A stretch of DNA of 64,000 bases, taken from a bacterium. Its GTDB lineage: Bacteria; Patescibacteriota; Microgenomatia; Daviesbacterales; UBA10151. Both the position numbers and the translations under genes were made by a program. This document shows, piece after piece, positions 27,659 to 36,822 of the stretch (position 1 is its first letter; each line of letters opens with the position of its first letter). Location: positions 204,402-268,401 of the forward strand of contig JAJYNN010000002.1 in NCBI GenBank assembly GCA_021786315.1. The letters are read 5' to 3'. The notes beneath the pieces were generated by a model, which saw nothing but the letters and a program-made list of their open reading frames with translations, had not been told where the DNA came from and made no database searches.

Positions 27659-28588
27659 ATGAATGTTTACGTTGGTGTTGATTGCGGAGCCACCAATCTC
27701 CGTGTAGGCGTGGCTGACGAAAGCGGAAGGGTTATTGCCTCCTCAAAAGTCCCATCTCCTTTAAGATCCCATCCGTTAAAGTTTGCCGAAAAGATAAAAG
27801 AGCAGGTTGATTTACTTCTGGAGGGTAAAGAGCATCGGGTTTTGGCTATTGGAGTAGGTATGCCCGGACCCATTGATCTTAAGAAAGGTGTGATCCTGCC
27901 CTCCGCAAACTTAGGGAACCTGGAACCGATTGATTTAACCCGCCAATTTGAAACGGTATTCGGTGTTCCGGCATATTTTGATAGAGATACCAACCTGGCT
28001 TTAATTGGCGAAGTTTGGCGGGGGGCGGCAGTAAATAAAAAAGAAGTGGTGATGTTGACTTTAGGGTCCGGAGTTGGTGGAGCAGTGATGGTGGATGGCA
28101 AGATTGATCGCGGAGCAACCGGTAAAGGTGGGGAGATGGGTCATATAATTTTATGGATGGAAGTTCCCCCAAAACAAGAATTAATCAAGCGTCACTTTTG
28201 TGTAGGAGGCAAGGATTGGGATCCGGCAACTATGGTTCTGACCCATCCTCAGGTATCTTTGAAGAAAGGCCAGATCACTTTCCATTGCGGGTTGGGACAC
28301 GAAAATTGTCTGGAAGCCTTAATTAATTCCGCTAAAAGTGTGGATGAGTTGGGTACCTATCTTGGGTATGGGATAGCCAATCTGGTTGATATTTTTAATC
28401 CTCAGGCAGTGATTATTGGTGGAGGTAAGTTGAATATCGGTGACTTCCTGCCTCAGGCGGTTTGTGTGATGAAGGAAGTAGGGATGAAGCCGGCAGTTGA
28501 CGAGGTGGAAGTCTCTTATGCTAAGCTAAAGGAACTAAGCGGTGTTTACGGCGGAATCAAAATCGCAATAGAAGGCACGTATGATTGA
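27659..28588 (+). CDS. ROK-family sugar kinase (glucokinase-like).
   Basis: VGVDCGATNLRVGV...GVGMPGPID...LALIGE. Confidence 0.75.
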   Translation: MNVYVGVDCGATNLRVGVADESGRVIASSKVPSPLRSHPLKFAEKIKEQVDLLLEGKEHRVLAIGVGMPGPIDLKKGVILPSANLGNLEPIDLTRQFETVFGVPAYFDRDTNLALIGEVWRGAAVNKKEVVMLTLGSGVGGAVMVDGKIDRGATGKGGEMGHIILWMEVPPKQELIKRHFCVGGKDWDPATMVLTHPQVSLKKGQITFHCGLGHENCLEALINSAKSVDELGTYLGYGIANLVDIFNPQAVIIGGGKLNIGDFLPQAVCVMKEVGMKPAVDEVEVSYAKLKELSGVYGGIKIAIEGTYD

Positions 28589-29099
28589 GACAAGAACCAG
28601 ACAGGATTTAAAAGATGTCTTGATGGATCCTAAAGCCCCCGGGGTTAAAGACCCCTATTTTGTGATTCGCGGTGAAGCCGGACAAAATATTACAGTCCTT
28701 ACTCCTGGTCTGAACGGAAATGAATTCAATAAAACCTACGGCCATTTCCACAACTATCAGGGTGTGGAGATTTACCATGTTGTTTATGGCCAGGGAGTTT
28801 TGTTGATGCAAAGAAATGACGAGATGGGAGAGGCCAAAGAGGTCAAAGTGGTAAGTTTACGGCCGGGGATGACTGTGGAGATCCCTTCCGGGTATGGCCA
28901 CGCTCTAATTAATGTGGGGAAAACTTATTTGGTGGTCATTGATAACTCACCAACGGGTAAAAATGTCCATAACTTTGAACCGGTAAAAGAAAAACAAGGC
29001 TTTGCCTATTATGTGGTGGACAAGCGGGGGGAGGTAGGTTTTGAGCCTAATCCCAATTACCGGATGCATCCCCAAATCACTACTGAATCTGAGGGTTGA
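28581..29099 (+). CDS. Cupin-type (archaeal-like) glucose-6-phosphate isomerase.
   Basis: TYGHFHNYQGVEIYHVV ... EIPSGYGHALINVG matches the cPGI metal-binding signature. Confidence 0.6.
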   Translation: MIETRTRQDLKDVLMDPKAPGVKDPYFVIRGEAGQNITVLTPGLNGNEFNKTYGHFHNYQGVEIYHVVYGQGVLLMQRNDEMGEAKEVKVVSLRPGMTVEIPSGYGHALINVGKTYLVVIDNSPTGKNVHNFEPVKEKQGFAYYVVDKRGEVGFEPNPNYRMHPQITTESEG

Positions 29100-29190
29100 T
29101 TTAACGTTTTTGGCTCTGCAAATACCCTAATCTACCTGCACTAGCAAAACTTCCACCTAATTGCCAATTTTCTGTCTTTTGTTCTTAAAG

Positions 29191-29428
29191 AAGGTGACCT
29201 CCTTGACGTTAGGCAAGGGGTCACCTTAAGAATTGAAAAGCTAATGTTTTTTTGCAACTTTGGTGGCAAAGTTGCGCAAAGCCACTTGCAGTGAAAGTCG
29301 ACCTAAAACCTTCATCAGTTGTCTAGCGGGAACTTTACCCTTCGGAAATTCGGCTACTTCGTAGCGTCAGTTTCCGCTTTCCCTGCTGCCAACTGACTTG
29401 GTTTTTTAACGGTCTTTGTTTCAATGCA
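29191..29428 (+). ncRNA. Candidate structured RNA/MITE element, copy D (the most divergent).
   Basis: aaggtgacctccttgacgttaggcaaggggtcacctt + aagaattgaaaagctaat + ttgcaactttggtggcaaagttgcgcaa ... ctagcgggaactttaccc ... ttttttaacggtctttgtttcaatgc. Confidence 0.35.
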
Positions 29429-29467
29429 AGGGAAGATGAAACGGATAAACAATTGGAAGAAAATATC

Positions 29468-29683
29468 TTAAGCGGCAGATGCTGATTTTTGAGTGATACC
29501 GAGTAACCAGAGGACAGCTTCCTTCTTGTAACGGCGGTCACCCCTAGAGTTAATTCTAATTGCCGGTAATTTTCCCCTTTTGCCCCATCTTTTAATGGTT
29601 AGGGGAGAGACACGCAAAACTTCAGCAACTTCTTTGACAGTTAATAAATCAGGAAGATTTTCGAGTGATACTTTGTCCGCCAT
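29468..29683 (-). CDS. Small stand-alone HTH (MerR/excisionase-type, HTH_17-like) DNA-binding protein.
   Basis: LTVKEVAEVLRVSPLTIKRWGKRGKLPAIRINSRGDRRY; resembles the HTH motifs at the N-terminus of the giant protein. Confidence 0.65.
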   Translation of the reverse strand: MADKVSLENLPDLLTVKEVAEVLRVSPLTIKRWGKRGKLPAIRINSRGDRRYKKEAVLWLLGITQKSASAA

Positions 29684-29737
29684 ACTGAATCTTTTCTGTA
29701 ACTTTTTAGATGACCAAACATATCAAAGTCATCGCAA

Positions 29738-29759
29738 AAGTGACACTAGCTGTCACTTT
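29738..29759. promoter_or_regulatory. Perfect palindrome aaagtgacactagctgtcacttt upstream of the small HTH gene; candidate operator.
   Basis: Inverted repeat AGTGACA-ctagc-TGTCACT, 55-75 nt upstream of the start at 29683. Confidence 0.4.
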
Positions 29760-29799
29760 TATATCACAACTCGTCAGATAGTGTCAATACTTTAACACA

Positions 29800-29830
29800 A
29801 AAAAGACCCCGTTTCCGGGGTCCTTTTTGA
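29800..29830. terminator. Rho-independent (bidirectional) terminator downstream of rplL.
   Basis: aaaaagaccccgtttccggggtcctttttg: a GC stem flanked by A and T tracts. Confidence 0.8.
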
Positions 29831-29850
29831 AAAACCGTAGCTTTTTGAAC

Positions 29851-30405
29851 TTACTGTAATTCTACAGTGGCTCCAGCGGCGGTTAATTTAGCTTTAGCTT
29901 CTTCAGCTGTAGCTTTATTGACACCCTCCAAAACTGGTTTTGGAGCAGCTTCGACTAAGTCTTTAGCTTCTTTCAAACCAAGAGTGGGGACGAGTTCCCG
30001 AACAGCTTTAATAGCACCAATTTTGTTGGCACCAGCATTAGCGAGAACTACGTTAAAGGTTGTCTTTTCTTCGGCGGGTTCACCAGCGGCTGCGGGAGCA
30101 GCTCCGGCTGCGGCAACTGCTACAGGAGCAGCAGCTGTGACGCCAAACCTGTCTTCCAAAGCCTTAACCAGCTCAGCGAGCTCGAGCACTGAAAGTGTTT
30201 CGATAGACTCGATGATCTTTTCTAAGGAAGCAGAAACTGGTTTCGCGGCTTTCTTTGGCTCTTCAGCGGGAGCTTCCTCTTTGGGAGCTTCAGCCTCAGG
30301 AGCAGTTTGTTCCTCAACAGGAGCAGCTTGCTCTTCAACTTGAGTTTCCTCAGCTGGAGTTTCAACTTGCTCTTCTGCTTGTACATTTTGATCTTCGTCT
30401 GCCAT
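29851..30405 (-). CDS. rplL: Ribosomal protein L7/L12 with an acidic low-complexity N-terminal extension of about 55 aa.
   Basis: Canonical region [33 protein letters not shown] ... [11 protein letters not shown], preceded by [20 protein letters not shown]... Confidence 0.85.
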   Translation of the reverse strand: MADEDQNVQAEEQVETPAEETQVEEQAAPVEEQTAPEAEAPKEEAPAEEPKKAAKPVSASLEKIIESIETLSVLELAELVKALEDRFGVTAAAPVAVAAAGAAPAAAGEPAEEKTTFNVVLANAGANKIGAIKAVRELVPTLGLKEAKDLVEAAPKPVLEGVNKATAEEAKAKLTAAGATVELQ

Positions 30406-30479
30406 ATTGCTTTGTCATTCCGGACTTGATCCGAAATCTAATTTATTTAGACCCCTGATCAAGTCAGGGATGACGTACT

Positions 30480-31010
30480 TTATTCACCCCCTTTCTGTAT
30501 TCTAATTTGATCTAAAGCATAAACTAAGTTTCTTAAATTGCCCTGCAAAACATTGAGCATTCCAGTCAAAGGTGCGGCCAATGTGCCCACAACCTGAGCC
30601 CGGAGTTCTTGTTTGCCAGGTAGAGTAGAAAGCCTGGTGATAGCGGCGCTGTCCAAAAATTGGCCATCCAAAATACCACCTTTGATCTTACCAACCTGGT
30701 TATCCTTTAAGGCTTTGACTAAAAGTTTGATCGGGGAGATCTCGTCTTCATAGCTGAATAAGGTAGCAATTGGCCCTTTTTGGGTTTCTTCAGGGAGAGT
30801 AGGGAGGTCAGCATTCTTTAAACCTAAATTCAAAAGGGTGTTTTTGGTAACGGTAAACTCAGCCTGGGCCTCATCCAGCTTCTTTCTTAAATCAGAAAGC
30901 TGGGCCATGGTCATGCCCTGATAATCAGTAAAAACCACAGACCTGGATCTGCTTAGCTTATCACCGTAATTTGTAACTGTTTGCTCTTTTTGAGCCCGAT
31001 TTTTAGCCAT
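30480..31010 (-). CDS. rplJ: Ribosomal protein L10.
   Basis: Position upstream of rplL, length, and an N-terminal region typical of L10. Confidence 0.8.
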   Translation of the reverse strand: MAKNRAQKEQTVTNYGDKLSRSRSVVFTDYQGMTMAQLSDLRKKLDEAQAEFTVTKNTLLNLGLKNADLPTLPEETQKGPIATLFSYEDEISPIKLLVKALKDNQVGKIKGGILDGQFLDSAAITRLSTLPGKQELRAQVVGTLAAPLTGMLNVLQGNLRNLVYALDQIRIQKGGE

Positions 31011-31192
31011 AAAAAAATCCTCGCTTCGAGGATTTTGAATTATGAATTAGGAATAATGAATTAAGAATTAAATTCTCAATTCTGAATTCTACATTCTGAA
31101 TTCGTAATGCCTCGGTGAGACTTGCTTGTGTGCTCACTTTCTTAAGCTTCTGTATTGTACCTAATGTTTTATTAAAAATCAATGGATATGCT

Positions 31193-32176
31193 TTAGAGTG
31201 CGGGGACCCACATCCAATAACCGCCGGAGCGGTTAGAGAAGCCGTTAGGCGAGTCATAGCCCCCACTTTGTTTAGCACTGGAGGTTGATATACCTTCAAT
31301 ATTGCCCTGGGGGCCTCCTCCGGAGCCTGGGGTGGGGGTGGCGGAAGCAGAAGCGGTAGGAGTTGGGGAGTACCAAACGCCGGAATCCCCGGTCTTGCCA
31401 AAGTTTTTGGTGACGTAGGCTAAATCCAGGTTGTTTATCACTCCGTCATTGTTAAAATCTGCCCTTGGGTTCCAGTTGGATGAGGAGGAAGTTGCCCCGT
31501 AAAGGCTTTTGGCAACGGTGTAGTCGGCGGAGTTGATGGTGTTATCTTCGTTTAAGTCCCCAGAGAGCAGGTTTAAAGCCTGGCCTTGGTTTAAATTAGT
31601 TTCAGTGGCTCCCATAGAAAAGGTGGAGGCAGAATCAACTTGTCCCGGTCCCTTGATATAGGCAGTGTAGGTTGATCCGGGGTTGAGCCCGGCCAGGCTC
31701 AGACCGGAAAACGCCCCGGAGTCCGGAACGTCAACGGTAAAAGTTAAGATAAAGGTAGGTTTGGTGGTGACGTTGCCGGAAGCGATCCCGACAAAGACCT
31801 TCGCGGCATTTTTACCTTCCGGCCGGCCTTCCAAAGTGACCTTGAAATTAAGCGTGGGGCCGAAAGCCAGGTTTACGGCAGGTGTTGGGGTAGGCTCAGC
31901 AGTCCCCGGAGCGGTGGAGGATGACCCGGGAGCATCTTCCAGCATCTTTTTTAAGTCGGAAAGTGGGGAATCGGCGGGGACTTCCTGGGTGGCGGTAGCG
32001 GACTTTGTGGCGACTTTGGTAATGTGTTGGTTAATTGTAGCGGGGACTTTCTCGTTGGAAGCCTGAGATTGAAAAATCTGGGAATTTTTCAGCAGGGAGA
32101 ACGATAAAGGAATGCTTATTAAGATGAGTAAAAAGCCCGCAATGATGAGAATTTGCTTAAAACTAAGGTTGGACAT
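31193..32176 (-). CDS. Secreted/anchored protein with a type I dockerin-like repeat pair.
   Basis: N-terminal TM; DLNEDNTINSADYTVAKSLYG ... ADFNNDGVINNLDLAYVTKNFG follows the dockerin Ca-binding repeat pattern. Confidence 0.6.
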   Translation of the reverse strand: MSNLSFKQILIIAGFLLILISIPLSFSLLKNSQIFQSQASNEKVPATINQHITKVATKSATATQEVPADSPLSDLKKMLEDAPGSSSTAPGTAEPTPTPAVNLAFGPTLNFKVTLEGRPEGKNAAKVFVGIASGNVTTKPTFILTFTVDVPDSGAFSGLSLAGLNPGSTYTAYIKGPGQVDSASTFSMGATETNLNQGQALNLLSGDLNEDNTINSADYTVAKSLYGATSSSSNWNPRADFNNDGVINNLDLAYVTKNFGKTGDSGVWYSPTPTASASATPTPGSGGGPQGNIEGISTSSAKQSGGYDSPNGFSNRSGGYWMWVPAL

Positions 32177-33202
32177 GATCTCAGATTATCATATAATGAA
32201 TTGATGTTAAACCGGAAGGTGTTAATTCGGATTCTTTTAAACTCCCTTTTGGGGGTTATTTTAATCTTTGTTTGGAGCCGGTTTGTTAACTTAAATGAGC
32301 TTATAAAGGTTTTAAAGACGGTAGACGCCCGGTTTGCCGTAGTCTTTTTCTTTCTGTTTATCATCTCGGGGGTTTTGAGAAGTCTAAGGCTTAAACTTCT
32401 TTTAAAACACTATAAATTTTCCCTGAAAGATTTAATTATGCTTAACTATTTGAGCCAGTTCTTGTCTTTTTTAATCCCGGTTCGGGCAGGGGAGATTGCC
32501 AAAAGTGTTTACCTTTCCACCCAGATGGAAACTTCCTTATCCAAAACCGTAGTCTGGGTGTTTATTGACCGCTTCCTTGATTTTTGGATTGCGGTAGTTT
32601 TTATTGGCGCCTTGTTACCGTTTATTAAAACCAATCTGCCGGGGGGATTTATCAATATCGTTATTTTGGCGCTGGTCATATTTACCTTGGCCTTTTTTGT
32701 TGCCCTAAAAAGTGAGGATTTAATTAAGAAAATCGCTAATTTTTTGAGTAATTTCTTGGTTGTAAGTAATATTAAGAAATGGTTTGTTACATTTACGCAC
32801 AATATTGCGGAAGGGTTTGAGGTCCTCCGCCGGCCGCCTTTGGGGCTGGCAGCTTTGATTGGTCTTACTGTCCTGGCAACACTTTCTGATTCCATGGTTT
32901 GGATAATTGCTTTTCGGGCGTTTGATTTTAAATTGGATGTTTTAAGAAGTGTTTGGGCGGACGCCTTAACTGCCTTAACCTTTTTAATCCCATCAGCGCC
33001 GGGATATGTCGGGTCGGCGGAGGCAGCGGGGGCAGCTGTATTTACCGGGATTTTAGGTTTGCCGATCAATATAGTTTCCGCAGCTTTGGTCTTCTTCCAT
33101 ATCTTAACATTGCTGACAATCTTGATTCTGGGAATTACCTCGTTGTACCTATTAAAGTTTGATTTAGGTATAGTTTGGAAAAAACTCCGCAGTAAAGACT
33201 AA
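32153..33202 (+). CDS. Lysylphosphatidylglycerol-synthase-TM-like (UPF0104 / flippase-like) membrane protein.
   Basis: Polytopic; LRSLRLKLLLKHYKFSLKDLIMLNYLSQFLSFLIPVRAGE fits the family's conserved region. Confidence 0.6.
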   Translation: MLKTKVGHDLRLSYNELMLNRKVLIRILLNSLLGVILIFVWSRFVNLNELIKVLKTVDARFAVVFFFLFIISGVLRSLRLKLLLKHYKFSLKDLIMLNYLSQFLSFLIPVRAGEIAKSVYLSTQMETSLSKTVVWVFIDRFLDFWIAVVFIGALLPFIKTNLPGGFINIVILALVIFTLAFFVALKSEDLIKKIANFLSNFLVVSNIKKWFVTFTHNIAEGFEVLRRPPLGLAALIGLTVLATLSDSMVWIIAFRAFDFKLDVLRSVWADALTALTFLIPSAPGYVGSAEAAGAAVFTGILGLPINIVSAALVFFHILTLLTILILGITSLYLLKFDLGIVWKKLRSKD

Positions 33203-33206
33203 AAAA

Positions 33207-33438
33207 AGGTGACTGCCTCGCCGGATGGCAGGCGTCACCTTAAGAACTGGAAAGCTAAGGTTATGTTCACGCTTTTGGCCGCAAAAGCGTGGGAAAACTC
33301 TGCTCGCAGAAAGTCGCCCTAAACCTCGTCATTTTCTAGTCGGGGGCTCACCCCCTCGGAAATTCACTGGTTGAGAGTTCAGTTTCCGGTTCCCCCTGAC
33401 AGAAAACTCCTCGGTTTTTAACGGGCTTGCGTTCCAGT
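33207..33438 (+). ncRNA. Candidate structured RNA/MITE element, copy C.
   Basis: aaggtgactgcctcgccggatggcaggcgtcacctt + aagaactggaaagctaag + cacgcttttggccgcaaaagcgtg ... ctagtcgggggctcaccccctcgg ... ccccctgacag ... ttaacgggcttgcgttccagt. Confidence 0.4.
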
Positions 33439-33501
33439 CAAAGAAAAATAGTATTTGGTTTCAAAGCGAGCAAAATAGAATTAAAAGGAGTATTAGAAAA
33501 A

Positions 33502-34296
33502 TTAGATAGAGGCTAAATCAACCTTGACTCCGGGGCCCATACTGGGGGAAAGGGTTAATTTTTTGACCTTTGAACGGCCAATGGTGTTGTACAGGGCCTT
33601 GATATTGGCGCAAATCTCCTCCGGATTTTGGTCAACTTTACCAACCCCCAAGTGAATAACCTGTCCGTTAGGCTCGGTTTTATATTCAGTTTTTCCAGCT
33701 TGTAAATCAGCCACAGCTTTGGCTAAATTATCTGTGATGGTACCGTTTTTAGGGTTAGGCATTAAACCTTTTGGTCCCAAAACCCGGGCCAGTTTAGAAA
33801 GCTTAGGCATCCAGGCCGGGGTGGTAACCAAAACATCAAAATTGATCTTGTTCTTCTCGATTTCAGTGATGACCTCATCGTTGCCTACAATGTCTGCTCC
33901 GGATTTATCTGCGCCTTCTCCAAAAGCCAAAACTGTTAACTTTTTCCCGGCAGCAAAGGGGAGAGTGACCAATCCCCGGACGTTTTTGGCGCTGGTGTTC
34001 AAGTGTGCCTCGACAGTGCCTTTGAACTTGGAATAAGAGACCTCCTGGGCCAGCTTTACTGCCTCGTTTAGGGAGTATCTTTTAACTCTTTCCACCTTTT
34101 CCCGGGCTGACATGTAATTTTTACCATGGGTTTTGGGGGTAGCAGCAGCCTTTTTCTTGGCTCTCTTACTGACTTTCTCCTTGTCTGCTTTAGCCTCTTT
34201 TTTGGCAGGAGCTTCGGTTTCTATTGGTTGTTCTTCCACCTTCTTAGGCTCTTCAACTACACTGTCATCTATAATTTTTGTCTTAGTTTTTCCCAT
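33502..34296 (-). CDS. rplA: Ribosomal protein L1 with a K/E-rich N-terminal extension of about 60 aa.
   Basis: The canonical L1 part starts at MSAREKVERVKRYSLNEAVKL. The long-form ATG abuts the rplK stop (TAAATG), which supports the long form. Confidence 0.85.
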   Translation of the reverse strand: MGKTKTKIIDDSVVEEPKKVEEQPIETEAPAKKEAKADKEKVSKRAKKKAAATPKTHGKNYMSAREKVERVKRYSLNEAVKLAQEVSYSKFKGTVEAHLNTSAKNVRGLVTLPFAAGKKLTVLAFGEGADKSGADIVGNDEVITEIEKNKINFDVLVTTPAWMPKLSKLARVLGPKGLMPNPKNGTITDNLAKAVADLQAGKTEYKTEPNGQVIHLGVGKVDQNPEEICANIKALYNTIGRSKVKKLTLSPSMGPGVKVDLASI

Positions 34297-34725
34297 TTAT
34301 TTGGCCACCTTTACTCCCATGGAACGGGCTGCGCCTTCAACTAATCTCATAGCGGCTTCAATCTTTTTGGTGTTTAAATCAGGCATCTTAGCCTCGGCAA
34401 TCTTTCTGACCTGGTCTTGGGACAAGGTTCCGGCAACCTCTTTACCGACTTTTCCGGCGCCTTTTTCAATTCCTAAAGCCTTTTTGATCATCTCGGCTAC
34501 CGGCGGCTCTTTAGTAATAAAAGAGAAGGTCCGATCTTCGTAAACGGTGATGACAACCGGTAAGATATTGCCCCGTCTATCCTCAGTCTTTTCATTAAAA
34601 GCTTTGACGAATTCCATGATGGGAAGTCCATGCTGACCCAAAGCCGGACCTACAGGGGGAGCAGCGGTTGCCGCGCCCGCAGGAATATTTAATTTGATGT
34701 AAGTCTTAATCTTTTTTGCTGCCAT
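34297..34725 (-). CDS. rplK: Ribosomal protein L11.
   Basis: [44 protein letters not shown] is a canonical L11 N-terminus. Confidence 0.9.
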   Translation of the reverse strand: MAAKKIKTYIKLNIPAGAATAAPPVGPALGQHGLPIMEFVKAFNEKTEDRRGNILPVVITVYEDRTFSFITKEPPVAEMIKKALGIEKGAGKVGKEVAGTLSQDQVRKIAEAKMPDLNTKKIEAAMRLVEGAARSMGVKVAK

Positions 34726-34729
34726 AGTA

Positions 34730-35311
34730 TTAGAGTTTCGCTACTTGTAAGAAGTCAAGCTCAACTGGGGTTTCGCGTCCAAAGATGGAAACCAGGACCT
34801 TAACCTTACCCCGTTCCTTGTCAACGGAATCAACTTTACCAATAAACTCTGCAAAAGGACCGTCAACGATTTTAACGGTGTCACCCTCGGAAAATACAGT
34901 TTTGTAGGTGGGTTGGCCGCCCTGTTGCATGAATTTGACGATTGATTGAACTTCAGATTCAGGAATAGGAGTTGGCTTATTGCTCATACCGATAAAGGAG
35001 GTGACTCCTTGGGTGGTGCGGACTGCCAGCCAGGAAGTGTCATCCAAAACCATCTTTACCAGGATATACCCAGGGAAGATTTTTTCCTTAACATTTTCCT
35101 TTTTGCCTCCACGGATTTCAATTTTTTCCTGGGTGGGGACTAAAACTTCGATGATTTTGTTCTCTAGGTGTTCGGCTTCTACACGCTGCTTTAAGGCGGC
35201 AGCAACCTTGTTCTCGTGGCCGGAGTAGGTGTGAACCACATACCAGCGTGCCCCTTCAACGGGGTTGTCTTTAACTTCTTCCGGTACTTGTATCTTATTG
35301 TCTTCGTCCAT
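34730..35311 (-). CDS. nusG: Transcription antiterminator NusG.
   Basis: [14 protein letters not shown] ... KOW region; position between secE and rplK. Confidence 0.85.
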   Translation of the reverse strand: MDEDNKIQVPEEVKDNPVEGARWYVVHTYSGHENKVAAALKQRVEAEHLENKIIEVLVPTQEKIEIRGGKKENVKEKIFPGYILVKMVLDDTSWLAVRTTQGVTSFIGMSNKPTPIPESEVQSIVKFMQQGGQPTYKTVFSEGDTVKIVDGPFAEFIGKVDSVDKERGKVKVLVSIFGRETPVELDFLQVAKL

Positions 35312-35315
35312 ATCT

Positions 35316-35501
35316 TTACTTGTTAATAACTAAACCTAAGAGGTTCGTCAGTAAATAATCAATTCCGCCAACAAAAAAGCCTACAATAACTGTTACTAAA
35401 ATAACAATTACCGTAAGCCGGATTGTCAAGTCTGGACTAGGCCAAACTACTTTAGACAATTCTACCTTAACTGAGGCTATAAAATCAAGTACTGTGTGCA
35501 T
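35316..35501 (-). CDS. secE: Preprotein translocase SecE.
   Basis: 61 aa, single TM, SecE-like; synteny secE-nusG-rplK-rplA. Confidence 0.8.
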   Translation of the reverse strand: MHTVLDFIASVKVELSKVVWPSPDLTIRLTVIVILVTVIVGFFVGGIDYLLTNLLGLVINK

Positions 35502-35632
35502 ACTGCTAATATTACCATATTGCTAGCTTGGGCTCTAGGGAGTATATTCTGGGTGCAATAGATTTAGGATTTAGGAATTAAGAATAAAAAGCCGAAATCT
35601 TAAATCTGCATTCTTAAATCTTAATTCTCGCT

Positions 35633-36040
35633 ATGAAGAAACATCTTGCCATCATGAACAAACAGACCATTGAAGCAATCCTTGGTGGGGTAAAAACTGT
35701 TGAAACCCGCTTTTCCAAAGCCAAAATTGCCCCTTTTAACCAAATTTCTTCCGGAGATTGGGTGTTTATGAAACCTCCCGGAGAGGAGCCGGTCGGTCAA
35801 TTCCGGGTTAAAAAAGTGTTCAATTTTGAAGGGTTAACTGAGGATGATGTTAAAAAAATATTTAGGGACTATGGAGACCAAATTGCTATAGGCAACAAAG
35901 AGGAAGATGAGCAATACTTAAAACAAAAACTGGGTTCTAGATACGGCACCTTAATTTTTATCTCCGAATCCGAACGTTTTATTATTTCTCCGGTAAAGAT
36001 CAAAAAATCTGATATGCGTGGTTGGATGGTGCTGGAATAG
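35633..36040 (+). CDS. ASCH (PUA-like) domain protein.
   Basis: Size and the pattern ...TIEAILGGVKTVETRF... are typical of ASCH. Confidence 0.5.
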   Translation: MKKHLAIMNKQTIEAILGGVKTVETRFSKAKIAPFNQISSGDWVFMKPPGEEPVGQFRVKKVFNFEGLTEDDVKKIFRDYGDQIAIGNKEEDEQYLKQKLGSRYGTLIFISESERFIISPVKIKKSDMRGWMVLE

Positions 36041-36043
36041 AGA

Positions 36044-36778
36044 TTATTTAATTTCGTAGCTTAAGGTAACGGTTAAATCAACCTGGTTGGAACCCGGTTC
36101 AAGGTTTGTTTCGGTTTTTGCTGAGCCTACTGCCTGCAGCATCGGGATCGGTCGGGGAGAACCCCCGCTGCCTTCTGAGTAATTAACAATCTTTCCTAAG
36201 GAAAAACCGGCAATTTGAGCTGCGTCAGCTGCCTTTTTCTTGGCATCTGCTACGGCCAATCTTCTGGCCTCGTTTAAGGCGGAGGTTTTATCGGTTACAT
36301 CAAAACCCAAATTATTGACGTTGGTCGCCCCGGCGCCGGTCATGGCGTCAATTACCTGGCCGGCCTTGTTTACATCCCGCACTTTGACCGTTAAATTGGT
36401 GCTGCCGGAAAAGCCGGTGGCCTTTTGGCTGCCGCCATTGTAATCATAAGTCGGATTAACGTTGTAGTTGGCTGTCTGGATATCTTTAGCATCAATCCCA
36501 ATCTTTTTTACAGCCTCAGAAATCCTGGAAGCGGTGGAGTTAATTTGGTTCTGAACGGCAGCTTCCGAGGCGCCGGTGGCAGAAACTCCTCCCTGGATAG
36601 TGGCACTGTCAGGCTTGGCTTCAGCTTTGCCTTCCCCGGTGACATCAAAGGTGGTGGATTTGGTGGTTGAGGTGGAACTGACGGAAAAAGGCAGGGGACC
36701 GGCGACTTTGGTATAGGCAAAAAGAAGAACAAAAAAGACAGCTAAGGTAATAATTTGGGCACCGACTTGTCTTAACAC
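36044..36778 (-). CDS. SIMPL/DUF541 periplasmic protein.
   Basis: N-terminal TM plus DUF541-like region (GEGKAEAKPDSATIQGGVSATG...). Confidence 0.55.
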   Translation of the reverse strand: MLRQVGAQIITLAVFFVLLFAYTKVAGPLPFSVSSTSTTKSTTFDVTGEGKAEAKPDSATIQGGVSATGASEAAVQNQINSTASRISEAVKKIGIDAKDIQTANYNVNPTYDYNGGSQKATGFSGSTNLTVKVRDVNKAGQVIDAMTGAGATNVNNLGFDVTDKTSALNEARRLAVADAKKKAADAAQIAGFSLGKIVNYSEGSGGSPRPIPMLQAVGSAKTETNLEPGSNQVDLTVTLSYEIK

Positions 36779-36822
36779 CTTACTTTTAATCTAACAGGAA
36801 GAAGAGATCTTTGCAACTAGAA

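Noticed and set aside
31003-31401. 132-aa ORF overlapping rplJ and the dockerin-like gene.
   Set aside because: It overlaps two better-supported genes on the same strand in another frame. Proline-rich antisense-like composition.
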